Virus record (IMG/VR): IMGVR_UViG_3300030098_003782
Location: 4,001 to 68,000 of that record
Strand: one strand, 5' to 3'
Source: a virus
DNA: 64,000 nucleotides
The number at the start of each line of letters is the position of its first letter. Positions within the stretch are counted from its first letter, which is position 1. A program made the position numbers and the translations under genes. A model generated the notes under the pieces. That model made no database searches, was not told the DNA's origin, and was given only the letters and a program-made list of their open reading frames with translations. Positions 17,321 through 27,168 of this stretch are shown here, piece by piece.

Positions 17321-19193
17321 CACACAAAGTTTAAGTCCTAATTTTAAATCTGCTACAATAGATGATGTAGTAAACTATTGTAAAGATAAAGAAGTATTAG
17401 GCGTAGATACAGAAACAGAAGGAATGGACTTCACTTGTAAGAAAATGATAATGTTTCAAATAGGTGATGAAGATAATCAATATATAATTGACACAAGATT
17501 CATATCAATTGAACCATTAAGAGGCATCTTAGAGTCCAAAAATATTATTAAAATATTTCATAACGCCAAGTTTGATTATAAATTCATAAAAGCAACATCA
17601 AATATTGAACTTGAGTGTGTCTATGACACTTTCCTTGTTGAAAGAATATTAAATTGTGGTAAGGATGGGATGAAATATGGACTCAAAGATGTATGTAATA
17701 AATATTTAAATGTAGAATTAAATAAAGATGTAAGGAATCAATTTATTGGTCTAACTGGTCAACCTTATAAAGATGATCAAATAGTTTATGGTGCTAAAGA
17801 TGTAGAATATTTAATAAATATAAGAAAGCATCAATTACCATTAATAGATAAATATAAATTAAATAATGTAGTTGACTTAGAAAATGAAGCAGTATTAGCA
17901 TTCTCTGATATAGAATACAATGGTTTAGATTTAGATATAGAACAATGGAAAACATTAGAAGATATAAATACTACTGAAGCTGATGCTTTAGCTTTTAATT
18001 TAGATCAAGAAATAGTAGAAGATACTAAATTAGAAAAGTTTGTATCTAAATATATTCAAACAGATATGTTCACAGCTGTTGAAGACTTAAGAAAGGTTGA
18101 CGTTAAATGGACATCACCTAAACAAGTATTAAATGTATTTCAAACTATTATACCTAAACTTGAAAATGTAAATGGTAGAGAAATGTATAAATATAGATTT
18201 AAACATAATATTATAGATACATATATTAGATATAAAGAAGCAATGAAATTGTGTACATCATATGGACATAAATTCTTTGATAATTTATCATCAGATAATA
18301 AAATTCATACAAATTTTCATCAAATTCTAGACACAGGTAGAGTAAGCTCATCTAAACCTAACATGCAACAAATACCAGCAGATAATAGATTTAGGAATTG
18401 TTTTATTGCACCTGACGGATGGAGCTTTGTAAGTGCTGATTACTCAAGCCAAGAGTTAAATGTAATTGCCTTTGGATCTAAAGATCCTGTGTGGTTGGAG
18501 GCTTTAGAAGAAGGACAGGACTTACATTCTACCTGTGCAGAATTAGTATATGGAGATGAATGGACTAATGCAGCTGAAGATAATTGTCTTTATAATATAA
18601 ATAAATTTAAATGTAAATGTAAAAAACATCAAAAACTTAGAACAAATGTTAAAACAATTAATTTCGGTCTTGCTTATGGCATGGGTCCCAATAAGCTTGC
18701 TGATACTCTTAATATCAGTGTGGATGGAGCTAAAGAACTCATCGAAAAGTACTTCAAAGCGTTCCCAGCAATTAAAGGATTCTTAGATAAATTAGGTAAC
18801 TATGGTAAAAAATATGGTTATATTAAAACATTTCCTCCTTATAATAGGCGTAGATGGTTTACTAATTGGTATCCTAGAATATGGGATAATAAATCAGCTA
18901 GTATGCAATTAGGTACAATTGAACGTGCATCTAAAAATACACCTATTCAAGGAGCTAGTGCAGATATGACTAAACGTGCTTTAGTATTAATGCGAACATA
19001 TATTCAAAGTCGTAATATGCCAGTTAAATTAGTAATGACTGTACATGATCAGATAGATACTATTTGTCACAATGAATATTTAAATGAGTGGACAAGAGAT
19101 ATGCAAGCAATAATGGAAGAAGCTGCATTAGAAATAGTAACTAATGGCTTATTAAAAGCTGAAGTAACAGTAGATAAATGTTGGACAAAATAA
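17301..19193 (+). CDS. polA: Family A DNA polymerase with 3'-5' exonuclease domain
   Basis: ExoI DTET, HNAKFD, YGAKD; TGRVSSSKPNMQQIP; motif A ADYSSQEL; motif B KTINFGLAYG; motif C VHDQI. Confidence 0.95.
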   Translation: MIYLISNTQSLSPNFKSATIDDVVNYCKDKEVLGVDTETEGMDFTCKKMIMFQIGDEDNQYIIDTRFISIEPLRGILESKNIIKIFHNAKFDYKFIKATSNIELECVYDTFLVERILNCGKDGMKYGLKDVCNKYLNVELNKDVRNQFIGLTGQPYKDDQIVYGAKDVEYLINIRKHQLPLIDKYKLNNVVDLENEAVLAFSDIEYNGLDLDIEQWKTLEDINTTEADALAFNLDQEIVEDTKLEKFVSKYIQTDMFTAVEDLRKVDVKWTSPKQVLNVFQTIIPKLENVNGREMYKYRFKHNIIDTYIRYKEAMKLCTSYGHKFFDNLSSDNKIHTNFHQILDTGRVSSSKPNMQQIPADNRFRNCFIAPDGWSFVSADYSSQELNVIAFGSKDPVWLEALEEGQDLHSTCAELVYGDEWTNAAEDNCLYNINKFKCKCKKHQKLRTNVKTINFGLAYGMGPNKLADTLNISVDGAKELIEKYFKAFPAIKGFLDKLGNYGKKYGYIKTFPPYNRRRWFTNWYPRIWDNKSASMQLGTIERASKNTPIQGASADMTKRALVLMRTYIQSRNMPVKLVMTVHDQIDTICHNEYLNEWTRDMQAIMEEAALEIVTNGLLKAEVTVDKCWTK

Positions 19194-19438
19194 AAATAAA
19201 TAATATGGATAAAGAATTAGTAGAATATTTCATTAATGAAATGATAGAAGATAAAGAATGGCATGATAGGTGGAAAGCAAATCATATTGAATTTGACAAC
19301 TATTTTAAATATAGTGGTAAAATTGAAGAAGATTCACCTAGTTATCAATTTGAATCTCAAAATGTTACTAAATATAATGATAAATTATATGAAATAAAAA
19401 TAAAAGAAAAAGAAAATGAACACATTAACACTATTTGA
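19178..19438 (+). CDS. Hypothetical protein
   Basis: ORF overlapping both neighbours. Confidence 0.55.
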   Translation: MLDKIKINNMDKELVEYFINEMIEDKEWHDRWKANHIEFDNYFKYSGKIEEDSPSYQFESQNVTKYNDKLYEIKIKEKENEHINTI

Positions 19439-20603
19439 CATGGATCAAGTAAAAGATATAGAACAAAGACGAGCATTAAATGCTTGGGTTAAAGCTGATT
19501 ATATAGGTAGTATAATAGCTGGAACAGGTTTTGGTAAATCTAGATGCGGAATATTAGCAATAAAGCATACACTTTCTCATAAAAATACATGTCCTGAATC
19601 AGGTAAAGCTTTAATACTGGTTCCTACCATACAACTCCAAGATCAATTTCATGAAGAGTTTTATAAATGGGACGCAGGAGATCTTTTAAATCAAGTGGAT
19701 ATTTTATGCTATCAGTCTGCTTATAAACTTCAAAATGAACATTATGATATTGTAGTGTGCGATGAGATACATTTAGGCCTTAGTAAAGAATATAAAAAAT
19801 TCTTTGATAATAATACATATGATAAATTACTATGTATGACAGCTACTATACCTGAAGATCAAGAATATGCTAATTATTTAAATATATTAGCACCTACAAT
19901 TTATAGTATTACATTAGATGAATGTGTTAAACTAGGATTAATAAGCCCTTATAAAATAGAATGTATACCTGTAGAATTAACTTCAGATGAAAGAGAACAA
20001 TATAAAAGTATCAACAATCAATTTGTTAGATATAAATATATGTTAGGAGAGTTTAATGCTTTTGATCGAGCTAAACAAATTATGAGTACTTCAAATTCTC
20101 ATCCTGAAGATAAAAAAGCTGCAGCACAATTCTATCAAGCTATTAGAGCAAGAAAAGCAATTATAGATTTCGCTGAAAATAAAATATTAAAGTTTAAATC
20201 ATTAGTAATGAATAATTTAGACAATAAGATTTTAGCTTTTAGCGGAGCTAATGCTTTTACTGATCAACTATCTGAATCAATATCTCCTTTAGCAATGTCT
20301 TATCATTCAGGTAAGACTAAGAAACAAAGAGAATTTGCTTTAGATGCATTTAAAAATGATGTAATAAAAGTATTATGTTCAACAAAAGCATTAAATCAAG
20401 GATTAGATATTCCTGATGCTAATATGGGTATAATATGTGGTATAACAAGTAAATCTCTACCTATGATACAACGAGTTGGAAGACTTGTTAGATTTCAAGA
20501 AAATAAGGTAGGTAAGATAGTAATACTATATGTTAAAAATAGTCAAGAAGAGAAATGGCTTAAAAACTCTACTAAAAATTTGGATAACGTAATATGGATG
20601 TAA
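19416..20603 (+). CDS. Superfamily 2 DExH helicase
   Basis: AGTGFGKS, DEIH, TAT, GLDIP, QRVGRLVR. Confidence 0.92.
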   Translation: MNTLTLFDMDQVKDIEQRRALNAWVKADYIGSIIAGTGFGKSRCGILAIKHTLSHKNTCPESGKALILVPTIQLQDQFHEEFYKWDAGDLLNQVDILCYQSAYKLQNEHYDIVVCDEIHLGLSKEYKKFFDNNTYDKLLCMTATIPEDQEYANYLNILAPTIYSITLDECVKLGLISPYKIECIPVELTSDEREQYKSINNQFVRYKYMLGEFNAFDRAKQIMSTSNSHPEDKKAAAQFYQAIRARKAIIDFAENKILKFKSLVMNNLDNKILAFSGANAFTDQLSESISPLAMSYHSGKTKKQREFALDAFKNDVIKVLCSTKALNQGLDIPDANMGIICGITSKSLPMIQRVGRLVRFQENKVGKIVILYVKNSQEEKWLKNSTKNLDNVIWM

Positions 20604-20622
20604 AAAATAATTAAATAAAAGT

Positions 20623-20652
20623 TTTGTATTATGAAAAAAATGTTTATATTTG
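20623..20652 (+). promoter_or_regulatory. Bacteroidota sigma-A promoter (TTTG...TATATTTG) for the replication operon
   Basis: -33 TTTG at 20623-20626 and -7 box at 20645-20652. Confidence 0.65.
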
Positions 20653-20689
20653 TACTCACGTTCCGTTTAACTATAAAAGAATTTTTGAT

Positions 20690-21247
20690 ATGAAGATAGA
20701 AATAGATTTTGAAATACTGAAAGAAACTAATATGAGTTCTGATGATTTTACATATTTATTTATAATATATCGAAAAGGATTTAATTATTTAAACAGCCTT
20801 AATTTAAAACCAAACTTAGAAGAATTGGAAAGAAAAGGATATATAAAGATCGGTGAAAGTCCTGATAATCATGTTATTAGACAGGAATTCATCGATCTTT
20901 TTGTGTCTGATTTTGATTCAATGTTTGCAGAATTAATAAGCAAGTATCCTATGAAAGTCAATTCTTCTTCAAGAGGTGTTAGGGTATTGCATGCTAAGGA
21001 TCCAGATGCTATGGCTAATAAAAAAGCTAGAATGAGGTACAAAAAAATTGTTGATAATAAAGTATATAAACATAAATATATAATGAAATGTTTAGATAAA
21101 CAATTAGCAATTGAAAGAAATAACCTTGAATATTTACAAAACTTAGAAACATGGATTAATAACCATACTTGGGAAAAGTATGAAAACTTAGATGAAAATG
21201 CAATACAAAAAGACCCCCTTAAACCAAGAATCACAAGATCTTTATAA
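20690..21247 (+). CDS. Hypothetical replication-associated protein upstream of DnaB
   Basis: ATG at 20690 lies downstream of the promoter. F..L...YP...YLQNLETWIN...W resembles C-termini of phage replication initiators. Confidence 0.55.
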   Translation: MKIEIDFEILKETNMSSDDFTYLFIIYRKGFNYLNSLNLKPNLEELERKGYIKIGESPDNHVIRQEFIDLFVSDFDSMFAELISKYPMKVNSSSRGVRVLHAKDPDAMANKKARMRYKKIVDNKVYKHKYIMKCLDKQLAIERNNLEYLQNLETWINNHTWEKYENLDENAIQKDPLKPRITRSL

Positions 21248-22148
21248 GAAAAGAGGTTTTAAAAGCATAGACCAATCAGTTACAACTTCTATTAATGAGG
21301 TTAGAACTGCTATGCTCGGTAATAGACCAGTCTTTCCAACTAAATGGGCAAGACTAAATAAAAACTTATTAGGAGGATTACAACCTGGTAAGATGTATGT
21401 AATTGCTGGTAGACCTGGAGTAGGTAAATCAGCATTTAGTAATCAGATGATATTTGACATATTAGATAATGAACTTAAAGAGAAAGTTATAGTATTATAT
21501 TGGAGTTTTGAAATGCCAGGACACCAACAAATATTAAGAGCTGGATCAAAAGACGTTAAAAAACAAGTGTTAGATTTATTATCAGTAGAAAATAAATTAA
21601 GTGAACAAGATTATGAACTATATAAAGATAAAGTATCAAAATATAGAAGATATCCTATTCACTTTAATAATGTTCCTAGAACTATAGAATATATTAAGCA
21701 AACTAATGTAGACATAACAAATAATGATCCTAATCTTAGGATTATAAATATATTTGATCACTCAAGGTTAGTAGTAGGTAATGCAGATTCAGAACTTCAA
21801 AGATTAAATGAGCTATCTAAAGGATGTATGTGGATGCAAGCTAAAATGGGAGTTATAAATATATTATTATCTCAGCTTAATAGAAATATAGAACAGGAAC
21901 ATCGTGCTAAAGCACAATATCAACCACTGCTAACAGATTTATTTGGTGGTGATAGTATCGGACAGGATGCACATGTTGTAATGATGTTGCAACGTCCATA
22001 CGATTTATATGGAATAACAGAGACATATTGCCATGAAGATCCAATAGGATTATTAGCTGTTCATGTAGAAAAGAATAGAGATGGTTTACTTGGTATGATA
22101 CCTTTTGAAGCAGAAATGTCAACATTTACAATTAAAGAAAGGAAATAA
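21192..22148 (+). CDS. dnaB: DnaB-like replicative helicase (C-terminal ATPase domain only)
   Basis: IAGRPGVGKS, SFEM, LLSQLNRNIE, SIGQDAHVV, KNRDG. Confidence 0.92.
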   Translation: MKMQYKKTPLNQESQDLYKKRGFKSIDQSVTTSINEVRTAMLGNRPVFPTKWARLNKNLLGGLQPGKMYVIAGRPGVGKSAFSNQMIFDILDNELKEKVIVLYWSFEMPGHQQILRAGSKDVKKQVLDLLSVENKLSEQDYELYKDKVSKYRRYPIHFNNVPRTIEYIKQTNVDITNNDPNLRIINIFDHSRLVVGNADSELQRLNELSKGCMWMQAKMGVINILLSQLNRNIEQEHRAKAQYQPLLTDLFGGDSIGQDAHVVMMLQRPYDLYGITETYCHEDPIGLLAVHVEKNRDGLLGMIPFEAEMSTFTIKERK

Positions 22149-22149
22149 A

Positions 22150-22332
22150 ATGAAAGAAAAAGCAATAGAAATAGTTAAAAATTTAACTAAAACAATTAAT
22201 AGTTTAGAACATAGAAAAAATCCTATAGGTTTAATTAGAAATGATATGTTTTCTTTACCAACAGCTTCTAAAGATAAACTTATTAAAAAAAGAGATGAAC
22301 TAATAACTAAATATAATATAAAATGGAAATAA
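22150..22332 (+). CDS. Hypothetical protein
   Basis: ATG directly after the dnaB stop. Confidence 0.55.
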   Translation: MKEKAIEIVKNLTKTINSLEHRKNPIGLIRNDMFSLPTASKDKLIKKRDELITKYNIKWK

Positions 22333-22427
22333 TAATTTGCACAACAATATTTATTTTGGGGATAGCTGTAGGAATTTATGCAGCTTCTCAAATGGATGAA
22401 GATATAAATAAAAGAACAAAAAAATGA
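22323..22427 (+). CDS. Small membrane peptide (34 aa, not in track)
   Basis: MEIIICTTIFILGIAVGIYAASQMDEDINKRTKK*; ATGA overlap with the next ORF. Confidence 0.55.
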   Translation: MEIIICTTIFILGIAVGIYAASQMDEDINKRTKK

Positions 22428-22585
22428 TGTATATAGTATTAATTTTAACAGGAATATTTGCAATATGGAGCACACTTTATGTCTACTCTATAAAGAAAAA
22501 AGGAGTAAATAATATAATAAATAATATAAAAGAATATGAGCAAAAAGAAAGGAAAAACAAATGTAAAGTTAGCAGTTCTAAATGA
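22424..22585 (+). CDS. Small membrane peptide (53 aa, not in track)
   Basis: MMYIVLILTGIFAIWSTLYVYSIKKKG...; hydrophobic N-terminus, basic tail. Confidence 0.5.
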   Translation: MMYIVLILTGIFAIWSTLYVYSIKKKGVNNIINNIKEYEQKERKNKCKVSSSK

Positions 22586-22694
22586 AATTAATCATGTAGA
22601 TAAACGATTAAAAAGATTTAAGAATAATGAAGAAGAAACTTCTAAATTAATGGCTAGACGTAATACACTAAGGAGTAAATTAAAAACTAAATAA
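22536..22694 (+). CDS. Small basic protein (52 aa, not in track)
   Basis: MSKKKGKTNVKLAVLNEINHVDKRLKRF...; TAATG overlap with the next ORF. Confidence 0.55.
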   Translation: MSKKKGKTNVKLAVLNEINHVDKRLKRFKNNEEETSKLMARRNTLRSKLKTK

Positions 22695-22864
22695 TGAATT
22701 GGAACAGTAAAACAAAACAATGGACAGATTTAAAATCTGTAACAGTAATTAGAATGGCTACAATTGCTAGAAAGTTAAAAGCTAAACGCATGTCAATAAA
22801 AAACATTGCAGAAGTTCTTGATAGAAGCGAGAGTAGAATTAGAGAATATCTTAAAACCAAATAA
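22694..22864 (+). CDS. Small helix-turn-helix protein (56 aa, not in track)
   Basis: MSIKNIAEVLDRSESRIREYL is a classic HTH pattern; fills the gap before the AAA gene. Confidence 0.65.
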   Translation: MNWNSKTKQWTDLKSVTVIRMATIARKLKAKRMSIKNIAEVLDRSESRIREYLKTK

Positions 22865-22865
22865 T

Positions 22866-23564
22866 ATGGAATTACCAAAAACGAAGGTAAAGGCTAGCCG
22901 TAAATCGCCTAAAAATATGATAATATATGGTCCTCCTAAAATTGGTAAGACTACTATATTATCACAGTTAGATGATTGTTTAATTATTGACTTAGAAAAT
23001 GGTTCAGATATGATTGATGCTTTAAAAATTAAAGTAAATAATTTAAAAGAACTTGCTGATGTCGGTAGAGAAATAATCAAACAAGGAAAACCTTATAAAT
23101 ATATTGCTATTGACACTATATCTAAATTAGAAGAATGGTGTGAAGAAGAAGGTAAGAAAATTTATATGAAAACTCCTATGGGTAAAAACTTTGAAACTAA
23201 AAACCCTGGTATGTCAATACTATCATTGCCTAATGGCGCTGGCTATTTATATTTAAGAATGGCCTATAAAAAATGGATAGATAGATTAAACTTATTAGCG
23301 GATCATGTTATCTTAGTTGGACACCTTAAAGATAAAATGCTTGAAAAGAAAGGTAAAGAGGTTGCTGTAAAGGATCTTGATTTAACTGGTAAAATTAAGC
23401 AAATAACCTGTGCTAATGCTGATGCTGTTGGTTATATTTATAGAGAAGAAGAAGAAACTATGGTTTCATTTAATTCTATGGATGATATAACTGCAGGTTC
23501 AAGATGTGCACATTTAAAAGGAGAGACCATGCCTATGAATTGGTCGGATATATATATAGATTAA
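22866..23564 (+). CDS. AAA_24/Sak4-like P-loop ATPase
   Basis: IIYGPPKIGKTT, IIDLENG, IAIDTIS, ILVGH, ADAVGY; ATG at 22866 preferred. Confidence 0.85.
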   Translation: MELPKTKVKASRKSPKNMIIYGPPKIGKTTILSQLDDCLIIDLENGSDMIDALKIKVNNLKELADVGREIIKQGKPYKYIAIDTISKLEEWCEEEGKKIYMKTPMGKNFETKNPGMSILSLPNGAGYLYLRMAYKKWIDRLNLLADHVILVGHLKDKMLEKKGKEVAVKDLDLTGKIKQITCANADAVGYIYREEEETMVSFNSMDDITAGSRCAHLKGETMPMNWSDIYID

Positions 23565-23575
23565 ATTAAACAAAA

Positions 23576-24205
23576 ATGATTAAAATGAGAAAAAATGTAG
23601 AAGCAGGGAGAACCCCTGAAAAAATTACCGTATCAATGATCGATCAGGATCTTAAAGACGGTATTAGTAAACCAGAAATGGCAATTAAATATGGTATTAA
23701 ACCATGGGAAGTAGATGAAATGTTTAAACATCCATTTCTTAAAGGTAGAAGACCTAGTAGAAAAAAAGCTTTATCTTTTAGCTTTGTAGATGATATAACA
23801 GAAGACAGAATAAAAGAAACTGGTACTGTTATAGATAAAGATATACCAGGATTTGAAGGAACTAAAGAACAATTAGAAGAAATAGATCCTAATCAAATGA
23901 CTTTAGAAGATGCTATACAAGATACTATAGATGAAACTGAAAATCTTGTTAATAAAGCAAAAGAAACTAATGATTCTATTGTAGATTTACTTGGCCCTCA
24001 TACTCAGACTCCAGAAGAAACTATTAAAGAAGCTGCAGAATGGACAGCTAAAAATGAAGATGGAGAAAAGATAGAGTTAGATCAAGAAGATCAAGATACA
24101 CTTAATGATGCTTTTAATACTTTCGTAAATGAAGATGGAAAAACATTAAAAGAAACTTTTGACGAAGAGTTAGAAGATGAAGACGATGACACGTTTGAAC
24201 TATAA
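23576..24205 (+). CDS. Hypothetical protein: HTH-like N-terminus and long acidic C-terminus
   Basis: GISKPEMAIKYGIKPWEVDEMF followed by a D/E-rich region. Confidence 0.6.
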   Translation: MIKMRKNVEAGRTPEKITVSMIDQDLKDGISKPEMAIKYGIKPWEVDEMFKHPFLKGRRPSRKKALSFSFVDDITEDRIKETGTVIDKDIPGFEGTKEQLEEIDPNQMTLEDAIQDTIDETENLVNKAKETNDSIVDLLGPHTQTPEETIKEAAEWTAKNEDGEKIELDQEDQDTLNDAFNTFVNEDGKTLKETFDEELEDEDDDTFEL

Positions 24206-24231
24206 ATTAATAATAATTAAAAACAATAAAA

Positions 24232-25017
24232 ATGGCAATACAAAGTAATGCAAGTACAGAAGAAGTTATGGGGGGAATGAAAACATTCTCAGGTTTAACT
24301 AATGTAAAAGTTATAGCGGTAAATCCAACATTAGCAGAATTACATGCTGTGGGAATTAATGTTAAACAAGAACCTAATTATAATATTACTATGGGAGATG
24401 AAGAATATAAGAAGATTGTATTCTGGTTAGAAAATTCTGACGGTAACTTTAAATTAGAAATATTAATGCAACCAAAAGAAAGAGTTTCACAAACTGGTAA
24501 ATATCAATGGATGAATAATATTGGTCAATCTACTTGGTCTGAAGAAGAACCTACATATGAGTGGTGGAAAAAAGAAGGTCAAAGAAAAGCATATACAGGT
24601 GAAGAAACTCTTATTAATTTTGTTAAAGCTTGGGCTAACGTAGCATCAGGAGATGAAGTTTATTTTGATTCTATGCCTGCAATAGCTAATGGAACTTTAT
24701 CAGAAGTTAAATCATTAATTTCTAGTTTACATACTAATGAAGTTAGAGTACTTATTGGAGTTAAAGATGATAAATATCAACAAGTATATACTAAACATTT
24801 TGGGCGAATAAAACCTCAACGTGATGATTTATTTGTTAGAGCTTTAAATGATGACTATGGTTCGTTTAATGCTGACTTTAATGCAGACCTTAAATGGGGA
24901 ACACATGTTCCTTCAGCTACATTAGTAACTCCTGACACTATTAATGAAAATGAAGATTGGACAGCAGAACCTGCGATGGCAGGAAATGGTAAAACAGATG
25001 AAGACCTTCCATTTTAA
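24232..25017 (+). CDS. Putative single-stranded DNA-binding protein
   Basis: Ends in DEDLPF (SSB-type tip); sits between the AAA ATPase and primase. Confidence 0.65.
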   Translation: MAIQSNASTEEVMGGMKTFSGLTNVKVIAVNPTLAELHAVGINVKQEPNYNITMGDEEYKKIVFWLENSDGNFKLEILMQPKERVSQTGKYQWMNNIGQSTWSEEEPTYEWWKKEGQRKAYTGEETLINFVKAWANVASGDEVYFDSMPAIANGTLSEVKSLISSLHTNEVRVLIGVKDDKYQQVYTKHFGRIKPQRDDLFVRALNDDYGSFNADFNADLKWGTHVPSATLVTPDTINENEDWTAEPAMAGNGKTDEDLPF

Positions 25018-26012
25018 TGATTAGCTCAAGAAGCAGTCAAGATCATTTACATACTGATGTCATACTTGGTAAAATTACTGAGTATGACATTTTTATGTAT
25101 TATTGTCCTAGTTTTAAAGAATTGGGTAAAAAATTTTGTAGTGAACTACGCGAAGATAAGACACCAACTGCATCTATTGTAGCGTGGAACGGAAATTTAC
25201 TTTATAAAGATTTTGGACATCCTGATCATACTTTTAATTGTTTTAGTTATGTACAATTTAAATATAATTGTACATTTATAAATGCTCTTAAAATAATTGA
25301 TTGCGACTTTAATCTTAATTTAAGTACTAAAAAAGAAGAATCTTTATTTACAATGGGATATCTTGGATACAAAAGAAACCAACCTGAATTTACTGAAAGA
25401 ATTACGATAATTAAAAAGAAACGCAGATCTTGGAATAAAGAAGATGCGAACTTTTGGCGAAAATATTTGGTAAGTAAAAAAATACTTAATACTTTTGCAG
25501 TTGAACCAATAAGTCATTACTGGGTGAATAACAACAGATTTACTTGTAAATCAATAACTTACGCTTTTAAATTCAAAAATCGATATAAAATCTATTCTCC
25601 TTATGAAGAAAAAAATAAGTGGTTAAGCAATACAAAAAAGACAGACATACAAGGCTATAACCAACTCCCGAATAAGGGTGAGAGACTTATTATTACTTCT
25701 TCACTTAAAGATATTATGTGTTTATATGCTGCAGGCTATCATTCGATTGCTATGCAAAGTGAAATGCAAATACCAGATGAGAAATTAATAAGTGAGCTTA
25801 AAAATAGATTCAATACAATAGAAATTTTATACGATAACGATTTTAATAAAGAAAGTAATCCAGGCCAAACAATGGCTAAGAAAATTTGTGACTTATATGG
25901 TTTTAATAACATCTGTATACCAAGTAAATTTAAATCAAAAGATCCATCTGATTTAATATACAAAGTAAACAGTTTTAATGAACTTAAAAATATATTAAAT
26001 GACAAGAGATGA
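25017..26012 (+). CDS. DnaG-like (TOPRIM) primase, crAss-type
   Basis: SELREDKTPT, YKDFG, IITSSLKD, LYDND, KDPSD. Confidence 0.85.
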   Translation: MISSRSSQDHLHTDVILGKITEYDIFMYYCPSFKELGKKFCSELREDKTPTASIVAWNGNLLYKDFGHPDHTFNCFSYVQFKYNCTFINALKIIDCDFNLNLSTKKEESLFTMGYLGYKRNQPEFTERITIIKKKRRSWNKEDANFWRKYLVSKKILNTFAVEPISHYWVNNNRFTCKSITYAFKFKNRYKIYSPYEEKNKWLSNTKKTDIQGYNQLPNKGERLIITSSLKDIMCLYAAGYHSIAMQSEMQIPDEKLISELKNRFNTIEILYDNDFNKESNPGQTMAKKICDLYGFNNICIPSKFKSKDPSDLIYKVNSFNELKNILNDKR

Positions 26013-27168
26013 AGTAATTGAAAAATTTAGAACACGTAAAGGATTTTTAAAAAAAGGAGCACAATGGTTAGCTGATAAATGGGATATTGATATAGCTATT
26101 ATTAAAGATTGTAAAAAACTTGTAACTTCAGAAGAATGGGTACAAGAACGAATGAATAATGATAATGGACACGAATTAAGTCAAAGTCAAGCATTTACAA
26201 AACATTTATTAGATAACGGATTAACAATGGCAGACGTAAAGTCTGTTAAGTTTTGGCAGAACTTTAATGGAGAACAAAGATATAGTATAGTAACACATAA
26301 TCAATGGCATGAACAGCCGCAGGTTAAAGAAGAGCTACTTAAATATATAAAAACAAGATCAACTAAAGTACCAAAACTTAAATATAAAAAACCAAAAGAC
26401 CCTATTTGCTATGAAATATCTTTACCAGATATACATTATGGTAAAATAACTGATGAAGGATCAGAAGCATTAGAAAAGCATTATATACAAGCTATTCAAG
26501 ATTTACATAGAAAAGCGGATGGTTTAGAGATTGAAAAATTTCTTTTACCTGTGGGTAATGACGGACTTAATTCAGAAGGTATGAGTAGAGCTACAACTAA
26601 AGGTACACCTCAACAAGATAGTATGCGTTGGCGCCAATCTTTTAGAGGATACTGGCATTTAGTTACAAAAGCAATTGATTATTTATCACAATTTGCTCCT
26701 GTAGATGTGATAGTTGTACAAGGTAATCATGATTTTGAACGAATGTTTTATGTTGGTGAAGTATTAGATGCTTTATATCACAATAATAAAAATGTATCTG
26801 TAGACAATAGTTTAGAATCACGTAAATATTATGAATATGGTACAAATATGATTATGTTTACACATGGTGACAAAGAAAAACCTCAAGAGCTTCCATTATT
26901 AATTGCTACTGAAGAACCAGAAATGTGGAGTAGATGTAAAGTTAGAGAAGTACATTGTGGGCATAAACATAAAGAGATGCTTAACGAGTATATGGGTACT
27001 AAAGTTAGATTTATTCCTAGTATATGTGCTAATGACACTTGGCATAAAACACAAGGTTATGTGGGAACATTACGGTGCGGACAAGCATATATTTGGAATA
27101 AAAATAGAGGACTAGAAGGATATTTACAAACAAATGTAATGAATTATGACGAAGAAAAAGTATGCTAG
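25999..27168 (+). CDS. Calcineurin-like metallophosphoesterase
   Basis: PDIHYG, GND, GNHD, THGD, HCGHKH. Confidence 0.85.
   Translation: MTRDEVIEKFRTRKGFLKKGAQWLADKWDIDIAIIKDCKKLVTSEEWVQERMNNDNGHELSQSQAFTKHLLDNGLTMADVKSVKFWQNFNGEQRYSIVTHNQWHEQPQVKEELLKYIKTRSTKVPKLKYKKPKDPICYEISLPDIHYGKITDEGSEALEKHYIQAIQDLHRKADGLEIEKFLLPVGNDGLNSEGMSRATTKGTPQQDSMRWRQSFRGYWHLVTKAIDYLSQFAPVDVIVVQGNHDFERMFYVGEVLDALYHNNKNVSVDNSLESRKYYEYGTNMIMFTHGDKEKPQELPLLIATEEPEMWSRCKVREVHCGHKHKEMLNEYMGTKVRFIPSICANDTWHKTQGYVGTLRCGQAYIWNKNRGLEGYLQTNVMNYDEEKVC

Noticed and set aside
20624-20689. Track start of the 207-aa ORF
   Set aside because: Non-ATG start overlapping a full Bacteroidota promoter; ATG at 20690 is more plausible.
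22806-22865. Track start of the AAA ATPase
   Set aside because: Overlaps the HTH micro-ORF; ATG at 22866 directly follows that ORF's stop.
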